A stretch of 64,000 nt of DNA from Candidatus Latescibacterota bacterium (GTDB taxonomy: Bacteria > Latescibacterota > UBA2968 > GCA-2709665). This document shows, piece by piece, positions 59,073 to 64,000 of this stretch (positions are counted from its first letter, which is position 1; each line of letters opens with the position of its first letter). Location: NCBI GenBank assembly GCA_965219455.1, contig OZ244744.1, forward strand, positions 2,496,001 through 2,560,000, read 5' to 3'. The translations under genes and the position numbers were made by a program. Below the pieces are notes generated by a model, which did no database searches, was not told the origin of the DNA, and saw only the letters and a list, made by a program, of their open reading frames with translations.

Positions 59073-59745
59073 TTGAGCTTGTCGAAATGTGGACGCTGAG
59101 CTTGTCGAAGCACCCGCTATTCGTTACCCGCCAGGTGGAATCTTCCCCACCCCCAAACGTCCCCTATTCCCTTGCCCTTTTTCTTGCTTCGCCCAAGAAA
59201 AAGGGCGAAAAAGAAGGGCGCCGCTCGGCGCCTGTCTGCGTGCGTGAGACAGCACGCACAGGCAGGCGGGGCCGGTTTTTCCGTGAATCACTTCAGGGGT
59301 GGAAATGGGAATTGGGTGGCCTACGGGCTCCTTAACTGTACCAATACAACTGTGCTGGTCGGATAAACACGGAGAACCTGCCTCCGCCCGCGAAGCGGGT
59401 GACCTGTTGTACCGCGGTTTTGCGGGACAACAGGGGACGCGTGGTTCTGGCGTCCGAGGCTGCTGGTGAGCGGCTCGTTTCATGCCGCGAACAAACCCCC
59501 CGCACCACCAGGCGCGTGATTGCACAAGGCCTGGTTTTCCACCCCCTTTCCTTTAGGAGAGGGGGCCGGGGGAGAGGTCCAGGCACCCACAAAGTGGCGA
59601 TGACGTTTACGACTGGCAACGGCAGGCCCTATCGAAATCCGGTGAACGCGGGGCGGCCCTCTTACCTCTACCCTCTTCCCTCTACCTGGTGGCGGCCGGG
59701 TGGACGGGCGTTTTGTTAGCTGAAAACTGACTGCTGATAGCTGAT
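59073..59745. repeat. Cluster of at least five REP-like repeat families inside the btu operon
   Basis: TGAGCTTGTCGAA twice, ttttcttg..caagaaaa palindrome, nested cctgtctgcgtgc/gcacgcacaggcagg, CCCCCT..AGGGGG, GCTGANN tract. Confidence 0.7.
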
Positions 59746-59757
59746 TCCACGGATTAC

Positions 59758-60063
59758 TTGCAAATCAAGGTTCGGTCCCAGAAATATGTCACCATTCATC
59801 CGCAGGTTCATCCCGTCTCTCTGCGTTCCCTTCACTCGGCGGCGGCCTCGCTGGCGGCGAAACCGGTAAGCATGGCCGGCGCGTTGCAGCGGCGTCTTGT
59901 CGGTCCCGTCTGGCAGGGTGGAAAAAAGATTACGGACCTATGGTTGGGCGATGAATCCGACCCGGAAGGCGGCCAGCCCGAGGATATGCGGCGCATGTGC
60001 GTCTTTGTCAGTGTCACCTGTCTGCTCGCAACGGCTCTGGCGGTTTTTGTGCTGTTCCTATAG
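59758..60063 (+). CDS. Possible small membrane protein; start uncertain
   Basis: C-terminal hydrophobic helix only. Confidence 0.25.
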   Translation: MQIKVRSQKYVTIHPQVHPVSLRSLHSAAASLAAKPVSMAGALQRRLVGPVWQGGKKITDLWLGDESDPEGGQPEDMRRMCVFVSVTCLLATALAVFVLFL

Positions 60064-60069
60064 CGAACG

Positions 60070-60098
60070 TTGACTTTCTGAGGTTAGTCCACTATTCT
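60070..60098 (+). promoter_or_regulatory. Putative sigma70 promoter for hicBA
   Basis: TTGACT-17 nt-TATTCT. Confidence 0.4.
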
Positions 60099-60245
60099 CC
60101 AGTACGCTATTCTGAATGCACAACACAAGGTCAATGATATTCTCAAATTAGACGTCACGCCCGGTTGGACACCTGAAGGCATGAAAACCGTGACGAAAGC
60201 GTCTATTTTCAGACCAATAGTGGAATAATCCGCGCCGAGGAAAAA

Positions 60246-60515
60246 ATGAAAACATATCTATTTAAGGCTGTCCTGGAGAAAGACAAATGGCCTGATGAGC
60301 CGGATTCAAAAGCGGTGTGGCGAGCTTATATTCCCGCGTTGGAACATAGAGGGGCTGCAAGCTGGGGAAATACCGAGAAAGAGGCCCTGCGGAATTTAAG
60401 GAACGCTGTTGATCTACATGTTGCGTACTTGCTGGAGAATGGAGAAGAGATCCCTTCTGAGCCATCTTCACAGATTCATGTCAGCGACGTTCCTTTGGTC
60501 ACCGTAGCGATCTGA
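60246..60515 (+). CDS. hicB: HicB-like antitoxin
   Basis: WRAYIPAL..GAASWGNTEKEALRNLRNAV....LENGEEIP. Confidence 0.85.
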   Translation: MKTYLFKAVLEKDKWPDEPDSKAVWRAYIPALEHRGAASWGNTEKEALRNLRNAVDLHVAYLLENGEEIPSEPSSQIHVSDVPLVTVAI

Positions 60516-60516
60516 T

Positions 60517-60732
60517 ATGGCTATTGATTATAGCAGGCTTCGTTCACTGACGGCACGCAGATTGATGCGGGCATTAAACAGAGACGGGTTTCGTGAATAC
60601 AGAAGAAAAGGCGCGACCCGTCTTTTCGTTCACGCGGATGGAAGGATAGCCTTGAGCACCTTAGTCGCTATTTTAATTTATCTGGACCTACCTTCCTCGC
60701 TCCCCTTCCCGTCCCGGGGAGGGGCTGGGTGA
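60517..60732 (+). pseudogene. hicA: HicA toxin, C-terminally truncated, running into a REP palindrome
   Basis: LRSLTARRLMRALNRDGF..RKGATRLFVHADGR, then non-homologous sequence; catalytic GSH appears as GAT. Confidence 0.7.
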
Positions 60733-60757
60733 GGGGTCATACAATTCCGGAGGCGCG

Positions 60758-61804
60758 TTGACTGAGGCGATTCTAACGGCGCAGGATCTCTCCATCGGTT
60801 ACAAAATCGGTCGGCGGCCGCCACGCATTGTGGCTCGCAATATCGACGTTTCGCTTGATCCCGGTGACTTTGTCTGTCTGCTGGGCCCCAATGGCGCGGG
60901 GAAATCCACGCTTATGCGTACGCTGGCCGGGATGCAGCCATCGCTGAACGGGCACGTGTTTCTCGCCGGTGAAGACATCGCGGAGATGTCCGCGACCGCA
61001 GTTGCCCAGGCGCTCAGCGTGGTGCTCACGGATCGCATCAACGCCGGCGCCATGACGGTGCGCGACCTCGTCGGCCTTGGGCGGTATCCCCATACCGATT
61101 GGATCGGACGCTTCGGCGACGAAGACGAGCAGGCCGTTTCCTGGGCAATTCGGGTTGCCCGCGCCGAGGAATTGGAACACCGCAACGTGGCCGAACTCAG
61201 CGATGGCGAGCGCCAGAAGGTAATGATTGCGCGCGCGCTGGCGCAGCAGCCCGACCTCATGATTCTGGATGAACCCACGGCCTTTCTGGATCTGCCCCGC
61301 CGCGTTGAAATCATGGCTTTATTGCGAAATCTCGCACATACGACCCGGAAGGCGATTCTCCTCTCCACGCACGATCTGGACCTGGCGCTGCGCTGTGCAG
61401 ACCGCATTTATCTCTTGCCATCAGAGGGCGCTTTACAGTCCGGCGCGCCGGAGGATTTGGTCCTGAATGGCGCTTTTGAAAGGGCGTTCCAGAGCGATGG
61501 CGTGCGTTTTGACGCCGATACGGGTGCGTTCAGGCTTACTCAGGAGCGCGGCCGCTCTACGGTCTCAGTCACGGGGCAGGGGCGGCGCGCCTATTGGACC
61601 GAGCGCGCGCTGGAGAGGGCGGGATTTCAGGTGGTTGACACCGGATCGGAATGGCCTATCGATATTCGAGACGGTGAAACGGGCGCCTGGCGGGTCAAGC
61701 GCGGTGGGATAGCCCACAAATATCATTCTATTTGCGACTTGATTGTGGCAATCAAAGGCGAAAGTGGAATAGAAACCGTGTCGGAATCGGGAAAAACCAT
61801 ATGA
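60758..61804 (+). CDS. btuD: Cobalamin/iron ABC ATP-binding protein
   Basis: GPNGAGKS, LGRYPH, LSDGERQ, ILDEPTAFLD. Confidence 0.88.
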   Translation: MTEAILTAQDLSIGYKIGRRPPRIVARNIDVSLDPGDFVCLLGPNGAGKSTLMRTLAGMQPSLNGHVFLAGEDIAEMSATAVAQALSVVLTDRINAGAMTVRDLVGLGRYPHTDWIGRFGDEDEQAVSWAIRVARAEELEHRNVAELSDGERQKVMIARALAQQPDLMILDEPTAFLDLPRRVEIMALLRNLAHTTRKAILLSTHDLDLALRCADRIYLLPSEGALQSGAPEDLVLNGAFERAFQSDGVRFDADTGAFRLTQERGRSTVSVTGQGRRAYWTERALERAGFQVVDTGSEWPIDIRDGETGAWRVKRGGIAHKYHSICDLIVAIKGESGIETVSESGKTI

Positions 61805-62868
61805 CGTCAAAACAGATGGAGGAAGTTCGGGAGGGTCCCCGGCGCGCAGTCATTGTTCCGGGTTTGTTTCTGCTCCTTCTGGTGGCGTTCGGTCTGAGCC
61901 TTTCGCTCGGATCTGTCCGCATTCCTCTGGCAGGACTGTTCGACGTTCTCATGGGAAGAGAGGCGTCTTCCCCGGCATGGGCGATCATTATTCACACCAT
62001 CCGTCTGCCGAAGGCGATAACGGGTGTCCTCGCCGGCGCCGCCCTGGCCGTAAGCGGCCTGCAGATGCAGACGTTGTTTCGTAATCCACTCGCCGATCCA
62101 TTTGTGCTTGGCATCAGCGCCGGCGCCAGTCTCGGCGTCGCCATTGTGGTGTTGACGGCGGGTGCGGTTGGCAGTGCGCTGATCGCCGGCCTGGGCTTCG
62201 TGGGCGATCTTGGTCTGGCTCTTGCGGCTATCCTGGGCGCGGCCGCGGTGTTGGGGTGTGTGTTGCTGGTTTCCCGCAGCGTGAGTAGTGTGATGACGTT
62301 GCTGATTCTGGGTCTGATGTTCGGGTATGCGACAGCGGCGTTCGTCAGCATTTTGATTTACTTCAGCGTTCCGGAACAGATACAGTCGTATATCCTGTGG
62401 ACCTTCGGCAGTTTTGGCAGTGTGACGTGGCGCCAGATCCCCGTGCTCGTCTGCGCCATTCTTCTCGGCCTTTTGCTGGCGTTGCAGTGTATCAAACCTC
62501 TCAATGCACTCTTGTTGGGAGAGAATTACGCCCGCAGCATGGGCCTCAACGTAAAGCGCGCCCGCATATGGATCCTGGTCAGTGCGTCCATTCTTGCTGG
62601 CGCCACCACCGCCTTCTGCGGCCCGATTGCATTCCTGGGTCTGGCCGTGCCCCATCTTTGCCGCAGTCTCCTGCACACGTCCGATCACCGCGCCCTAATG
62701 CCTGCCGTCATCTGCCTCGGGGCAACCCTGGCGCTGCTATCCGATCTCTTCGCCCATCTGCCGGGCAGTCAATACGTTCTTCCGCTGAATGCGGTCACGT
62801 CCCTCATCGGCGCACCGGTCGTCATCTGGTTCGTCCTGCACCGCAGAAACCTGAGCCAGACGTTTTAG
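61801..62868 (+). CDS. btuC: FecCD/BtuC-family ABC permease
   Basis: IRLPKA, QTLFRNPLADPFVLGISAGAS, LGENYARSMG, GPIAFLGLAVPH. Confidence 0.9.
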   Translation: MTSKQMEEVREGPRRAVIVPGLFLLLLVAFGLSLSLGSVRIPLAGLFDVLMGREASSPAWAIIIHTIRLPKAITGVLAGAALAVSGLQMQTLFRNPLADPFVLGISAGASLGVAIVVLTAGAVGSALIAGLGFVGDLGLALAAILGAAAVLGCVLLVSRSVSSVMTLLILGLMFGYATAAFVSILIYFSVPEQIQSYILWTFGSFGSVTWRQIPVLVCAILLGLLLALQCIKPLNALLLGENYARSMGLNVKRARIWILVSASILAGATTAFCGPIAFLGLAVPHLCRSLLHTSDHRALMPAVICLGATLALLSDLFAHLPGSQYVLPLNAVTSLIGAPVVIWFVLHRRNLSQTF

Positions 62869-62897
62869 GCTTCTTAACTCACCAATCGAGAATTCAC

Positions 62898-63490
62898 ATG
62901 GATGGACAGGATGGGCAGGATAAGAGCAAAACAGGGGAAAACCAGGCGGATGATGACGCACAATGCGACAACTCGCCGACTTCGGGTCCAGGTCAGGTGA
63001 CTGCTGTCAACACCGGTTTTATTTTTGACAAAAGCACCGGTTTAAAATTGGACACAATAGGCAGGATGGGCAGGATAAAGACCAAATTCGGTGAATGTCC
63101 TGAAAGCAGTGGTCTTCAAATACGAAATATTATGTAATGCAGACAAAGGATTGAAAGGGTGGAGCGGACATTCCTGTCTGCTCACATACATCAAACCGAA
63201 ACCTCACAATCCATTATCCGTGTCACGCCGCGACTCACCGCCGCCTCCCCCATAGGAAAAAGGAAGGTGCTATCTACAGAATTACCTGAGCAGGGCAGAC
63301 AGGAATGTCTGCCCCACCTTCAGACACGCTTCTTTTACGGATCGACAAGCTCCGCCCAAACAGTGCGAGCAGCACAGGCAACGAACGTCATCGAGCCGCG
63401 ACCTGAGCCGTTCCCTGAGGGCGCGCCCCGAGCCTGCGGTCCCTGAGCTCGCCTACATTGAGCTTGTCGAAATGTCGAAGGGTCGAAGGG
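62898..63490. repeat. Intergenic repeat cluster
   Basis: caggatgggcaggata at 62907 and 63063; GACATTCCTGTCTG inverted pair at 63158 and 63293; TGAGCTTGTCGAA at 63459. Confidence 0.65.
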
Positions 63491-63704
63491 CCGGCGAAAG
63501 GTCGGTGAGAAGCCCAGGACTGGATATGGATTTCTGGCGATGTAATTAACAAGATGATCGCCGGAATGCCGAGCCTTGCATTTCAAAGCCGAAGTTTCGA
63601 CAAGAGCGAAGGCCCGCGCCAATCAGTTCAGGTGCGGGCTCTTGTGATTTGCCTGTTCGACGAAAGTTATCTTGGTCACATTGTACCCATTTCACATTCG
63701 GAAA

Positions 63705-63998
63705 CTAACGCGACCCTTCGTCTCCATATCCGGCAAGATATTTTCCAGCAAATGCGACAAGTTCAGCTGAGTCTTCGAGACTTGCGATCTTCAAACTTTG
63801 AACCCGTTCCCCCAGCGTCTTTTCATCGTCGTACAGCTCAATCAGTTCATTCCAATGCAAACGCGGCTTGCGTTGGATTGCCCTACTTCCAAGATACTGG
63901 CCAATGATCTCATCCTTAGCAGCCCTGAGTACGGCCAACGTCATTTCTGGAGAGTCCTCGATATTGAGCGGGCATTCCTGGGGTGTAGCGGCGCGTTT
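63705..63998 (-). CDS. 3' end of a gene starting beyond the window, possibly a KAP-family P-loop NTPase C-terminus
   Basis: Frame open to the window edge; GSRAIQRKPRLHWNELIELY..E.TL.ER resembles recalled KAP NTPase C-termini. Confidence 0.45.
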   Translation of the reverse strand, partial: KRAATPQECPLNIEDSPEMTLAVLRAAKDEIIGQYLGSRAIQRKPRLHWNELIELYDDEKTLGERVQSLKIASLEDSAELVAFAGKYLAGYGDEGSR

Positions 63999-64000
63999 CG

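Overview
64-kb window of a moderately GC-rich bacterial genome. Its content (giant cadherin/FN3/LRR surface protein, ankyrin protein, several PhyH-family dioxygenases, Asp-box sialidase-like protein, dockerin/EF-hand-tailed beta-propeller, dense REP-like intergenic repeats) resembles Latescibacterota/Poribacteria-like sponge symbionts; this taxonomy is inference only. Layout: (1) 0-7 kb, 5'-truncated giant adhesin ending in an HEXXH leishmanolysin-like protease; (2) 7-18 kb, anion/solute transport region (broken SulP-STAS, GPP34, NCS2 permease with a degenerate anti-sigma-kinase-like tail, alpha-carbonic anhydrase, and a porin-SBP-HAMP-OFA/MFS operon); (3) 18-32 kb, mostly minus-strand catabolic and housekeeping genes; (4) 32-53.6 kb, a co-oriented accessory region with a hicB/uxuA segmental duplication, low-GC HNH-like and HEPN-like genes, an IS1380 insertion with TSD, several attC-like hairpins that suggest an integrase-less integron cassette array, and toxin-antitoxin modules whose toxins are all broken; (5) 53.8-62.9 kb, cobalamin riboswitch plus terminator and a btuF-btuB-btuG-like-btuD-btuC uptake operon interrupted by repeats and hicBA. 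No rRNA, tRNA or CRISPR array was seen. All family assignments come from motif recognition by eye, not database searches.
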